The position numbers and the translations under genes are program-made. Positions 50,486 through 64,000 of a stretch of 64,000 nucleotides of DNA are shown here, piece after piece (positions within the stretch are counted from its first letter, which is position 1; each line of letters opens with the position of its first letter). This DNA comes from Eledone cirrhosa. Lineage: Eukaryota. The notes beneath the pieces were generated by a model, which ran no database searches, was not told the DNA's origin, and saw nothing but the letters and a program-made list of their open reading frames with translations. The stretch is taken from positions 42,222,001-42,286,000 of the forward strand of contig OZ024744.1 of assembly GCA_964016885.1 (NCBI GenBank), read 5' to 3'.

Positions 50486-53400
50486 ACTAACGGATAGTGT
50501 GAGCAATGGAAAAACCAATGGAAATACTCTTTTCTAACCTGACTGCCAGCTCCTTTCCTTTCTTTTAAAGGGAGTTGGACTAAACTAACTGGTTCTAAGC
50601 ATTGCATAATAATAGAACAAGTAAAAATTTGTGATGTGACATGTTTTCATGTTTTCATAATATGAGTTCTCTATGGAGTTAATGTTTATAAAGTTTTTAG
50701 GTTATCGAACTTGGTACCTCATGTGAGTTCAAAATGGCCAGAGTCTAATATTTTAAGTAAAAGAATAAAAGAATATAAATTTAGTTGTTTTGCTTCTCTT
50801 CACTCTGGAATGAATTTAATATGCTCAAGAAATAGATTAAATTTGCAATCATACATCAAAGATGATATGTTCGATTAGACCATGAATAAATATTCTACAA
50901 TAAAAATATTATTTAGTGAAAACCCAATACAAAACAGATATCTCTGAGATTTTCATTCAAGTATTTCATCATTAGATAGTTTACAGGCGTCTAAAATGCA
51001 GTAAGTCAGATTTTTCTCGTGGAAACATTGAAGATAAAGCTAATGAATTTCACTGAATATCTGATGAACTCCCATAGGGAAATCACTTATGTAATGTTAC
51101 TGAAATGTGCCAATGAGAAAGCCTTTGTACCCACTAGAAATAACGAATTAATCTTCCTTAAATTACACCTTTCATCTTTAAAATTGAAGGCAACATCGGA
51201 TGATGTAATCCTAGATGCACTATGGGTAAAGTAATGTTATTGTTATACACACTTTGGAAAAAAAGGTGGATTAAAAGAGATAAATAACAAAGAACATGTT
51301 AGATAATGTAGTCACAAATACAGTGATTGAATAAAAGACAGGATGGTCACAGCTGAAATGCCTTTGATCAATCAGGACCAGTTTGGGTTAAACAACACTA
51401 ATGCTAAAAGTTCAACCCCAGGATATACTTCAACTCTAATCAGTTGCTGATTATCTATACAGCTCATGGAAAACTCCCATTGGCATATTGCTCATTTAGG
51501 CACAAGTCTGGCTCTGTGTTTAAGGAGTTGACTTTGCAACCACGTGGTTTCATTTAATCCCAGAGAGGAGCACAATGATCAAGGGTCTTCTATTATAGCT
51601 TCAGGTTCATATGTAAATATGGATGTTATTGTATGTGTGGATGTGTATGTTTTGAGTTGTATGTGTGCATGTGTATATGCTTTGTATCTTTACATGTGTA
51701 TATTTCTGAGTGAAATTTGGAATATGTAAACAGAAGAAACTTGTGTGAGTGTGTGTGTATGTATGTTCTTCTGGTTTTATAATTTCACAAATTTTTCCCA
51801 ATAGAGAGAAAGTCGGTTTCTAAAATAGACACAAGACTCTCTCATTTGAATTTACACAACATAAACTAGGTAAATTACGTATACATGCATGTGTAATTAT
51901 GGATGTTATTGTATGTGTGGATGTGTATGTTTTGAGTTGTATGTGTGCATGTGTATATGCTTTGTATCTGTACATGTGTATATGCAGTTATTAGATGCAA
52001 CATTTTGGAATGTTTTACATATTTTTACTGTTCCATTAATGGATTGTACTTGTAATTTCCTAACTAGTTGTGTTATTTCTGTTCCTGTGAAGCCTAGCTT
52101 CTCAAGATTTGTATTAAGGCAGTTACTAACATATCTCAGTGCCCCAATAATCACAGGCATAAATCTGCATAGTATCAGTTCTGCATAGAATTTTCTCCTT
52201 TTTTCTAATATTATATTGGCATCTGCTGGGCAGCTAATTTCCACTACTGTGCATGCTTTCTTTTCCCTGTCCCATATCATAATATCTGGTCTGTTATGCC
52301 TATATTTTATTGGGGTTTTTACTAGAACTTTCCACCAGTACTCTTTCATATTATGTATATGGATGTCTTCCACATTGCTGTAGCTAATAATGTGTTTATT
52401 ATTGGGGCTATCTTTTCTATGTATTGCATTGTACAATGTTTTGGCCACTACTTCATGCCTCATAGGTAGATATTACCGCGATGACATCTTTGGACAGCTA
52501 CTTATGACATGGGTGACATCTTCGATGTTAATTCTGCAGAGTCTGCACTTGTTATCGCATCTAGGTGTTTTGCCTGCATCCCTGTCTCTTTTGTGAATCA
52601 GGTATTTCGTGTTAATTTCCTGTTCTTGGATTACAAAAGCGTATCCTTCAAAGTGGGGCCAATATAGTGGTTGTTGGTCCAAGATAGACTACTTTCCTTA
52701 TCTATATTACTCTCACTCTGGAGCTTCCTGGCAACATATCAATGCATGATTTTTTGCTGATAAGCATGCAGTTTTTCATTCATGGATTCACAGCAATACT
52801 GCTGAGCAACTTCCCTGGGTGTGAGATTCTGATTATCATACAGGGAATATCTCTAGAGTAGTTCCTTCCCAACTCTCATGATCTTATCTGTTTCATGCAG
52901 ATAGACTTGCTCAACAGACGGGCTCCTACGCTTCGAGTTTCGTAGATGTTGTCGAAGTGATATGATGCGACATTCAAATGCTGTCTGGACTGATGTTAGG
53001 CCTCTGCCTCCCTGCTTACGTTTCAAGTAAAGGCGGTCTATGTCACTGTTGATGTGGAAGTTTCCGGTGTTGTTCAGTATTTTTCGAGTTCTAACATCAA
53101 CTGCTCGGATTTCGTCTATCGTCCAATTGAGTATTCCAAACGTTGGTGTTAGGACAGGCACAGCAAACACATTGTGAGCCACTGTTTTGTTTTGCGCAGA
53201 GAGTTCCGATGACCAAACCTTTCTTAATCGGGTGTAGTATTCCCTGGTTACGCGTTCCTTATTACAGATACCATTATCGGATATGTTCTCATCTATCCCC
53301 AGGTATCTGTAGCAGTCCTCATCAGATATTGGTGAAACAGTTTGGCCATTGATGACAATGTTGCTAGATTTGGTTGTTGTTTTTCTCTGCTTTACAGTCA

Positions 53401-54733
53401 TGTATGAGCATTTATCTTGGCTAAACTCAATTCCTATATCCTTTGAGAACGTTGTAACCAGGTCAAGAATTTTCTTCATCCCATCCATGTTTTTGGCATA
53501 GAGTTTCAGATCATCCACAAAGAATTTATGGCTTAGGTTCGTATTTCTGTCCTCCTGTGAACCAATGATATATCCTTCACATTTCCTGAGCAGAAAGAAC
53601 AAGAGGTTTAATGACAAGATGAACAATATCACAGAGAGACTGTCCCCCTGAAATATACCCCTGCAATATTTTATTTTATCAGTGAAAATAGAGTCCTCCC
53701 TCTCTGTCTTTAACCTTAGGATAGTAGCCCAAGAAGAGGACAGCTTCTCTATGGCTCTGATAATAATGTCTGGGACTTTAACAAGTTGGAGGGCCTCTAT
53801 CATCTAAGAGTAGGGAACAGAATCGAAAGCTTTCCTGTATTCTAGCTAGACTGTAGCCATATTCCTCCTAAGATGTCGCACCTCCGACATTGCAGTTTTG
53901 TTGATTAGGAGTTGTTCAGCACATCCCCAGACCCCTTTCTTTCCAGTTGCTTGTTCATCTATGATGATGTTATTATTTTCACAGTGATCTTGGAGGAATA
54001 GGGTTAGGCAGGCTGTATACATCTTATACATCAGGTTCTGGCATGCAGTGGGTCGGTAGTTTTTTGCCAAGTGGGTGTCTTTGTTCTTGGGGACCAGTAA
54101 TGTTTGTGCTAATCTCAACCATTCTGGTATATGTGTATCTCCCTTAAGAACTTGTTGGTAGAGGTCAGTAAGATACCTCCGATAAAATATCAGTTGTTTG
54201 TACCAGTAGCTGACAATCATGTCTCTTCCTGGTGTTTTCTTATCTTGAAGTTTTCCTATCACAGTCTCAAGGGTACCCTCACTTATTTCGTATGTTTTTG
54301 TTGAAGTGTTGGAGCAATAGTTCTTTCGGATTTCTTTTAGCCACACTGCATCTTGGTTGAAATTCTTCTTTTCACCCTATATTTTTCTCCAAAAGGAATC
54401 TATGTCTTTCTGGCATGGGCCTCAGTGACACTTATTATTTCGCCCTTTATATCGCTATAGACTGATGTTTGATTTCGTCTGAATCTTTCATTACGCACTT
54501 TTCTCTCATCTACCTTCTTCAGGTATCGGCGTTTTTCGCTAACAGCTCTCAATTCTTGTTTGAGGTTGATCAGCCTATATTGAAGAGTTTTGGTTCTACT
54601 GTTACCAAACATCGTCTCTATTTTATTTTTCACTCCTTTTTGGTGAGGAGTGAGGTTTTTGTGTTTGTTTGCATGTCACATATCCTATGATTTTTCGTAG
54701 GTCAGCAACCTGTTTTTCTATTTTAGTTATATA

Positions 54734-57700
54734 CTAGCAGAATGGCCCGTCGTTGCTCGGGATTCTAAAAATAGATTGGCATGTTTATCCCTCCTTTCTG
54801 ATATAGTAAAGAGAAGTACGGAATACCACGGCCTGGGGATGGTGTTGACAAACCGAACATGTATTTATTGTGCTATGGTACAATGAAAGCAATAGTTACA
54901 GAGCAGTAAGGATGTGGGACTGCAATGATGGAGAGTGGTGTGGTCTTACTCCTTTCACTGTTTCGTCGTATGTTCACAATTGAAGCAGAAGTCCTAATAA
55001 AAAGTGAAGTCGCCTTGGGTGAATGAATAGCCAAATAATTTTCCATTACGATTTTTCAAAAGCATGTAATTGCGTTCCCTCGATTATTTGTTGTTGTTTT
55101 TGCGGCTGTTGGTGTGATAGCAGCCGTTGGTCGTAATACTAACACAGTCTCGTCCTTCTTCAGCCAATCTTGTATATCCCTTCTGCCTCATCTACCTAAA
55201 CAATGATTGTAGTATCTCCTTGTACACACTGTTCCTTGTACTTCCGCGTCGGGCATATGCAAAGAGATTTGTCTTGCTTCCCACTCTTGAGCAGCCAACA
55301 TATAGTTGCCCGTGTGAAAAACATGACTCTTCCAAAAGAAGACCAACAACAGCTAGGGTCTGACCCTGGGGTTTGTTGATAGACATTGCAAAGCTGACAC
55401 GAATTGGAAATTGAAGCCTCCGAATGGAATGGCTGCTCCTGATGGAATGAGAGGAACTCGTGGAATAAATAGTCCTGAAAGAATAGTAGCCTCCATAAGA
55501 TGGGGCAGCAATGTTTTTACAACCAGTCATGTGCCGTTGCATAGTTTTGGTGGCTCCAAATTCCGAAGCATCATTATTGGAATTCCCTTCATGAGCCGTA
55601 ATATGTGTGGAGGAAGACCTGGAGGGTTCAATGGGTTCAGAAATTCAGTGGGATAGTTTACCGCCACATTATGATCTATCATTGTGTCAACGGACTTGCA
55701 TATGTGAAAATGTCCTGGCAGAGACAGCGTTAGCTGGTCGTTCAGTTTGTTAATGGCGGTGTTCTTTGGAGCCAATATTGCCCTATCGCACAACCAGTTA
55801 TGGTTACGGAGGTTTTCTTGCAAATTTGGGAATACTTTGTCTTTGAGCTCCTCGATGGACGAAACCACAGAACAAAGTGGCCAGATCTCCATTTCCCCTG
55901 CCGCGTTAACAGGCACACTACCATCGCCAAGTAACAAAAGATCTTTAGCAAACTGGAAAGACAGTTGGTCACCGTGAAGTCGAGTTCTCATATTAGTGGA
56001 AAGAGTGAGAGTTGTAACATGTTGCGATAATGGTGAGGACTTAAGGCACGCTTGTACTTCATCTGCCCTTGTGCCTTTAGGAATGACAGGAGGAGTCTGC
56101 CTAAAGTCACCAGACAGCAGAAGCGTTGCACCACCCATTGGAGCCTGACAGTCTCTGATATCCTTCAGGCTATATCTAATGCCTCTAGGCCTCCTCTGTG
56201 GGCCATAGTGCACTCGTCCCATACAATAAGAATACACGGTCGGAGGACTTGCCCCTGGTCGGAACTCTTACTGATGTTGCAAGAATGCGTCCCAGAGGTC
56301 GCTAAATTCAAGGGTAGTTTAAATGTGGAGTGCGCTGTTCTACCACCTGGCAGCAAAGTAGCAGCAATCCCAGATGAGGCTACAGCTAACGCGATGTGTC
56401 CGTGTTGTCTAACTTTCGCGAGGAGGACTTTGGTTAAAAATATTTTCCCAGTACCAGCAGGTGTATCCAAGAAGAACATGCCACCGGATCGACGGCGCAC
56501 GTTGTCAACAATACTGTTGTAAGCATTGCGTTGGTCTGGAAGCAGTTGTGGTTCCATTTCATTGAGGTATTGGGCAAGAGCAGCTATGTCGTAAGACCTT
56601 TCCCGTAGAACAGCTGTGGGAAGTGTCTCGAATCCTGACTGTTTCATTTCCACCAAGTGAAACAATTCTGTCCTCTAGGTCAATTAGTGCTCGATTGTAA
56701 ACCTCTTTACTGGTGGCTTCCATATCGGGGTACTGCAATAGTGCCTGATGTCTGTAGTCTTCCGAAAGGTCATCTCTATACTTAAGCCACAAAGAGTTTG
56801 GATTACCCATTTCGCACGTTTGAAGTAATACGGCAAACAGAGCCCGTAGACATTGAGGTGATTGCGAAGTAGCAGCCTCGAATAATGTGTCATCCCACTG
56901 TGCATCATCTTCCAGCAGACCATGTTTGAAGCAGGCTTCCCTGTATGTGCCGCATACACAATCGTTGATTGTTCGAAGGTCCTGGAAAGACTGCGGTCCC
57001 CTTACTTAATGCAGCAGCAGACGGAGGTAGAAGTATTCGTAGTGATTCGGGTGGACGGTGTAAACTCTTCCAAGACAACTGTCAAACTTTATGCCGGGAT
57101 GCCCATCAACAGGTTGGCCTTTCCTTCTGCGCACCCATTGTTGTAGTAGGATGGCACTTGAGGGTACAGCAATGTTTGAGCGAACGGATCGTCCTGACAA
57201 AGCTTGAAAAAGGCAGTGAGGCTGGTTTGCCGTAGTTCCTCCACCATTTGAGCGGCATTAACATCGGTGAAGTAGACCCTTTGGTCATTTTCCAAGTGGA
57301 CTACAAGCTGCTCAGTTGAAAGTTGCCTTTGGTGTATGGGAAAGCCAAAAATGCGCCAGAAGGCCTCGTCGCTGCTGATGCAACGGCCTACTTGATATTG
57401 CGTAACCTCATCCTGGCTTTTGTCCTGTTGAAGGCCGAACATAGCAGCATCTGACCCCTTATTTACATACTTGCATATACATTTGATCGACTTGACTGAA
57501 TTGCAGAACTCCACATTGATATGGGCATTGAAGGTCTTGGATAGGAGTGGGCAGTACGGCATTATCCATCTGATGTCAACTTCATGCTGTCCAACTGCTG
57601 CAGTAAAACCACCACCGCCGGGTTTACGTCACCGGTAAAGTGGATATCCGTCAATGCCAGTCTGGGTTTCTGGTAGAAACTTCCTCAGAAACCGTTTGAT

Positions 57701-60391
57701 GCATATACTGTCTTTCAAGCAAGGTGATTTTGAATTAAAACCACATCCACAGGGGCCGTGCACCATGTTTTTTATCACTAGGTCGTGGAGGGTTTTGTCG
57801 GTAGATGGATCAGGGATTTTGGCGGAGATGATTTTGTCAACGTTGTTGGAACTGAGTGGAAAACCAAATGAGGATATGAGCTTGGGGGAGGCCTCATTGT
57901 TGCCACTCTACAGTGTACATGTCACACTTAACTGGTGCAAACACTTTCCTCTCTTGATGAGTTCCATGAGGTTGATTAGTTTCAATCGGAAGACTCAGGC
58001 CAGGATGTCGTGTCGGTCTTTGGCCTGTTGACCCTGGAAGAGTTCTACCTCAATATCTTTCCATTTGGGATTGCATGTGAAAGTTATGAACAGATCAGGC
58101 CTACCGCAATGCCGTACGTAAGTCATAGCGTCTTGCGTCCTTTCGTGCATATAGCGCGGACTTCTAGTGAAAGTGGACGGGAGGATGCAGAGTTTTCCTA
58201 CGGTGGTGGGCGCTGCATCATTGTTGATGGCATCGCGGAGATAGATGTAGCCCTCGAAACGCAGTTGCCTCTAGTATGACCGTATGAAGCACAACTTGTC
58301 CGACTCCATTTTCGCGCACATATCAACGGCGAATTGCTGAAAGAGGTCTCTTGACTGGTGCAGGTCGTTGAAGGAGTTTTGGCAGACCATGAAGTGGTAT
58401 GAGTAGAAGTCCATGCAGGAAACGGTTTTCTTGGCGGAATCCCCAGGGTTTTCTGGATTATGCTGTGGAAGACCTAATCGGTATCCGTCCTCTCCATGCA
58501 CAAACAGAAGCGGGTACTGAAGGGCGTCATAAGATCTATGGGTTTCACTTATACGCTGAAGTGTGTTGTCCCGTTGCCTGAGAACAATGGCTCCTGGGTT
58601 GTGTTGATGGCCATGGAGAAGGACAGCGATTTCAATGCAAGCAGGTAAATTGTAGCGGCCCGAATGCTCCCCAGAAGGCCTGTTTGAGGCGTCATTGACC
58701 ACATTAAAGTCTGATGCAGGAGCTGATTCCAAGGCATATTTGAAACTGATGATATAGCTGTTGTTTGTGTGTAATATGTCATGTAGTTTCCTTATAAGCT
58801 CCAGGTTGGTACCAGGTGAAATGGAGTTCCGCATGGCTGCCTGTTCGCTGACATTCCCGACGAAATAAAGTTGAAGAAATTGAGGAACTTGATTGGCGGT
58901 AGGCTGGAGTGATCCAATTCTATGGTACACCTGCTCTGCACTTTAAATGTGGGCATAAATCCACCCTCTTTGACAATATTTTCCCCGAAAGATGTCATCT
59001 GGAAGGTGCAATTGTACTTCCAGATATTTTTCAGGAAATGATTAGATTCTGCAGTTCTACCAGCAAGAAGGAGCTTCAACGTCTGTGGTGGATCCTCCAG
59101 TGGGTACAGTTTGACCTTCCCGTTTGCGCAGCACATACCAGGTATTTCGCTTGCCAACTTTTTAGCATTGCAAAAAGAGCACGATTTTGACATACTCCCA
59201 AGTATCATGTCTGAGTGGCTGCTATAGTTGAAGTCGGGGTTGTACTCGAAGGCTTTGAAGGACCATTTTGAGCGGCACGGCTTTGAAATGCCCTGCCTAA
59301 AGGCTCTTCGTTGAGCATTACTTTCTAGTTGATTATCTCGTTCTTGTGAGGTCTGTGTAGCTCGCGCAGCACTAGTGTTCGCAGCATCATCACTCCGACG
59401 ACTACTACGCTGGTCTTCTGTTTCGGCAGCTCGTGCAGCCGAAGTTTATGCAGCATCATCACTCGGACGACGTTTTAGCTGGTCTTCTGTCTCAGCAGCT
59501 CGTGCAGCAGAAGTTGATGCAGCATCAGCCGTTCGGCGATTGGTTCGTTGTTTGTATGTTGCAAGTGCTCTTCTGGTGGCACTACGTTCTGCATCTTGCG
59601 ACAGTCGAATAGCAGATTCCACTGACGAATCGTTTACCCGCCTTGTTCTTTCTCTTGTCCCTATCGCAGTATTTCGGCCAATGGGGTATCTCTTCCTTCG
59701 AGGCATGATCTAAAAGCAGTATGAAGTACACTAAGACTAACTGATGTAATCGTATGCAATTGTTGGCTTTGTTTGTTTATATTTTTTTTTGTGTATGCAA
59801 AAATATCTGTCAGTGATGCATGTGATTATGTAATCGCCGGCCTTGTTTGTTTATATTTTGTTTTTGTGTATGCAAAAATATATATATATTAAAATTAAAA
59901 TAACATTAAAGTTTAAGTAAAGAATCGCTGCTTTCAACCTTAACGGGATCTTCTGAAACTAAAAAAAATCAATCTGTGAACGCAGATGTAAATATTTCAA
60001 AAAACGTTGCAACCGAAGGAAAACAGGAAGACAATACTTTGATTCGTGAAGACGTTCCCTGGCATAATAATATATATATACACACACACACTATATATAC
60101 ATATATACACACACACATTGATCGCGTCATAATGACGTAATGCAGACAGTCAGACATACAGACAGATATTATAAGGGCGCGACGTCATATCTATGTATCT
60201 ATCTAAAAAGAAAAAGACTAAGAGAGAGAGAGATCGCTAAATCACCTAATGCGAAATTCTTTTGCTCAGAACACTCAATAGGGCCATAAGTATTACATGT
60301 GTAAAGTTTGAAAACAATCGGTTGGGTGGTTCCCGAGTTTTAGTGATTGGACAGACAGAGAAACAGATATTCTCTGTTTTAGTAATATAGA
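54734..60391 (-). mobile_element. Helitron 2 (formerly autonomous)
   Basis: A|TC at 60391; hairpin CCCGAGCAACGACGGG; CTAG|T at 54734; no TSD. Confidence 0.92.
55192..59706 (-). pseudogene. Helitron RepHel, fragmented
   Basis: 22-aa N-terminal repeats; CSFC..CC.NGK; YDALQYPL; FITFTCNPKW; KCICKYVNKG; AGTGK; IVWDE; GDFRQ; FSHGQLYVGCSRV. Confidence 0.9.
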
Positions 60392-61480
60392 TGATGGTAG
60401 TTTTGGTGGTGTTTTGTTCTTGTTAATATCTCTGCTATCACCAAGATAATGCTTCACTGTCGTTGCTAAGGCATATAAACAGGCGTTGATTTGCCAAAAT
60501 GTTGGGATTTTTATCTGTCGTAAATATTCATCCCCTATTTCCTCAATAACACGTAATATTTCATTATTTGTTTTGGGGTTGTTTTTTTTTTATTAAATAT
60601 TGTCGTTTCAATACGTTCAGCAAGAGAAATATTTATACATGAATTAATTTCTCTCTGGAAGATTTCGTTGAGGGAAATTTTCAATTGTTTATACTTTTGA
60701 TTATTATCATTATCGATAGTATTTTCCACAACAGTCGAGGTAGACTCGGATGGTACACGTGGTGTCAAATTTCTTCGATTATTATTATTATCGATAGTGT
60801 TTTCTCCTGCATTCGAGTTAGACTTAGATGGTACACGTGGTGTCAAGTTTCTTACAGGCATATTTGTTTCAAGGCACTGTTCGGCCTGGCTGCTAGGAAG
60901 TCTAGTAGCAGGGCGACCTGTAGCACGTGTTGTTGATCCCATGTTTGTTGTGGGGGACTTGCAATTAATAATATTTATCTTATTTTTACGTTCACAAACG
61001 TTGCTTGTGGCGTAATTGTTTCCCTGTGAAATAATTTAGCTCTGGGTGCATTTCGTTCCAGTGTAGCTTCATTCTGTTCATATAGCCAATGGAGGATTGT
61101 TTGTTTCCATTTTATAACAATTAAATAAATCATCATTAAGTTTGCAACTCCAAGAAAAATGCGATTTATAATTTCGGTTTCTTCTGTAGCTACAACTGAA
61201 TAAATTTTGTTTACTTTTCTCGTTGTTTATCTTCGTTACTTCCTTAATATTGTTGTTGATGTTGTGTTCAGCCATGCTGTTTGTAGCAAATCCTTGTAAA
61301 ATGAATTATGTATTTAGTCGGATATCTCTACGAATTCGAATAAAAGGTCTTTTCAGTAGATATAGTTAGCAGAATAACCAGTTATTCGAACATGACTGTA
61401 GTTGTGGCATTACTGTCGGAGATAGTATTCATCTTAAATTTAATAAATAGTCTCCCACGCCACAATATGCGACTGATCGT

Positions 61481-64000
61481 GTTCTTCTGGCTTTATAATT
61501 TCACAAATTATTCCCAATAGAGAGAGTGTCGGTTTCTAACATAGCTACAAGACTCTCTCATTGGAATTTAAACAACATCAACTAGGTAGATTATGTCTGC
61601 ATGTCTGCATGTGTAGATATGGATGTTATTGTATCTGTGGATGTGGATGTTTTGAGTTGTATGTGTGCATGTGTATATGCTTTGTATCTGTACATGTGTA
61701 TATGCAGTTATTAGATGCAAAATTGTTGGAATGTTTTACATATTTTTACTATTCCATTAATGGATTGTACTTGTAATTTCCTAATTAGTTGTGTTCTTTC
61801 TTTTCCTGTGAAGCCTAGCTTCTCAAGATTTGTATTGAGGCAGTTACTAACGTACTCCAGTGCCCCAGTAATCACAGGCATAAATCTGAAGTTGTAATCA
61901 GGGTGGAGTTTCTGCAGATTTCTCGTCAGTTCTGCATAAATATTCTCCTATTCGCTAATCTTTGATATTATATTGGCATCTGTTGGGCAGCTAATTTCCA
62001 CTACGGTGCATGCTTTCTTCTCCCTGACCCATATAATAATATCTGGTCTGCTATGCCTGCATTTTATTGGGGATTTTACTGGAACATTTCCACCAGTACT
62101 CTTTCATATTATGTACATGGATGTCTTCCACATTGCTGTAGCTTTTAATGTGTTTATTATCGGGGCTATCCTTTTTACGAACTGCATTGTACAATGTTTT
62201 GGCAACTACATCATGCCTCATAGGTAGATAGTACCGCGATGACATCTTTGTACAGCTGCTAATGACATGGGTGATATCCTCGATGTTAGTTCTGCAGAGT
62301 CTGCATTTGTTATCACATCTAGGTGTTTTGCCTGCATCCCTATTTTTTTTGTGAATCAGGTATTTCGTGCTAATCTCCTGTTCCTGGATTGCAAAAGCGT
62401 ATCCTTGAAAGTGGGGGCCAATATAGGGAATATCTCTCGAGGAGTCCCTTCCCAACTCTCATGATCTTATCTGTTTCATGCAGATAGACTTGCTCGAGAA
62501 ACGGGCTCCTACGCTTCGAGGTTCGTAGATATTGTCGGAGAGATATGATGCGACATTCAAATGTTGTCTGGATTGATGTTAGGCCTCTGCCTCCCTGCTT
62601 GCGGTCTATGTCACTGCTGATGTGGAAGTTTCCTGTGTTGTTTAGTATTTTTCGAGTTCCAACATCAACTGCTCGGATTTCGTCCAATTGAGTATTCCAA
62701 ACGTTGGTGTTAGGACAGGCACAGCAAACACATTGTGAGCTACTGTTTTGTTTTACGCAGAGAGTTCTGACGACCAGATCTTTCTTAATTGGGTGTAGTA
62801 TTCCATGGTTAGGCGTTCTTTATTACAGATACCATTATAGGGGTATCTTCTCATCTATCCCCAGGTATCTGTAGCAGTCCTCATCAGATATCGGTGAAAC
62901 AGTTAGGCCATTGATGACAATGTTGCTAGATTGGGTTGTTGTTTTTCCCCGCTTTACAGTCATATATGAGCATTTACCTTGGCTAAACTCCATTCCTATA
63001 TCCTTTGAGAACGTTGTAACCAGGTCAAGATTTTTCTTCATCCCATCCATGTTCTTGGCGTAGAGTTTCAGATCGTCCACAAAGAAATTATCGGTTAGGT
63101 TCGTATTTCTGTCCTCCTGTGAGCCAATGATGTATCCCTCACATTTCTTGAGCAGAAAGGATAAGGGGTTTAATGACAAGATGAATAATATCACAGAGAG
63201 ACTGTCTCCCTGAAATATACTTCTGCGATATTTTATTTTATCAGTGAAAATAGAGTCCTCCCTCTCTGTCTTTAACCTTAAGATAGTAGCCCAAGAAGAG
63301 GACAGCTTCTCTATGGCTCTGATAATAATGTCTGGGACTTTAACAAGTTGGAGGGCCTCTATCATCTAAGAGTAGGGAACAGAATAGAAAGCTTTCCTGT
63401 ATTCTAGCTAGACTGTAGCCATATTCCTCCTAAGATGTCGCACCTCCGACATTGCAGTTTTGTTGATTAGGAGTTGTTCAGCACATCCCCAAACCCCTTT
63501 CTTTCCAGTTGCTTGTTCATCTATGATGATGTTATTATTTTCAGTGATCTTGAGGAATAGGTTCAGGCAGGCTGTATACATCTTATACATCAGGTTCTGG
63601 CATGCAACGGGTCGGTAGTTTTTTGCCAAGTGGGTGTCTATGTTCTTGGGGACCAGTAATGTTTGTGCTAATGTCAACCATTCTGGTATAAGTGTACTTC
63701 CCTTAAGAACTTGTTGGTAGAGGTCAGTAAGACACCTCCAGTTGTTTGTACCAGTAGCCGACAATCATGTCTCTTCCTAGTGTTTTCTCATCTTGGAGTT
63801 TTCCTATCACTGTCTGAAGGGTACCCTCACTTATTTCGTATGTTTTTGTTGTAGTGTAGGAGCAATAGTTCTTTTGGATTTCTCTTAGCCACACTGCATC
63901 TTAGTTGAAATTCTTCTTTTCACCCCATATTTTGTTCGAAAAGGAATCTATATCTTTCTGGGATGGGGCCTCAGTGACACTTATTATTTTGTTCTTCATA
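61481..64000 (-). mobile_element. Tandem upstream copy of the second R4 family, running off the window
   Basis: Colinear with 51765-54440, with the same 3' end ...CCAGAAGAAC abutting the 5' end of the previous copy. Internal deletions. Confidence 0.88.

Larger units (their letters stand above)
51765..61480 (-). mobile_element. Full-length R4-clade element (second family), interrupted by Helitron 2
   Basis: ORF from about 61275; YRKAFDSVP, GIFQGDSLS, FFVDDLKL, CRLC..H..C..RH, RPDI..VVEISCP. Reading PKLPS|YITKIEK is continuous across the Helitron. Confidence 0.88.

Noticed and set aside
60700-60855. 78-bp tandem duplication as a separate element
   Set aside because: An in-frame 26-aa repeat within the R4 N-terminal low-complexity region.

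Overview
A repeat-saturated stretch of eukaryotic genomic DNA. The SINE families, dense (TA)n/(CA)n/(TAA)n microsatellites and TE set suggest an octopus or other cephalopod, but this is inference only. No complete host gene is visible, only one weak candidate exon. The window is a nest of mobile elements: R4/Dong-clade RLE retrotransposons (one near full length, a head-to-tail pair, and older fragments), two head-to-head RTE LINEs with three C-terminal C2H2 fingers plus a non-autonomous derivative, a second RTE family, Tx1 and CR1 fragments, two decayed autonomous Helitrons and one non-autonomous Helitron, mariner/hAT/Tc2-like DNA elements, tRNA-derived SINEs, and a cluster of about 7 Penelope-like elements (PLEs) mostly bounded by (TA)n. 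The most interesting signals are at the RNA level. There are about 9 hammerhead-ribozyme motifs, including one with an 88-nt branched stem II and a head-to-head pair forming a fold-back in which a Helitron inserted into stem III yet rebuilds the fold. R4 leaders show pseudoknot potential (one HDV-like), and two PLE 5' junctions carry short reiterated repeats. All structures were paired by eye, not computed or assayed.
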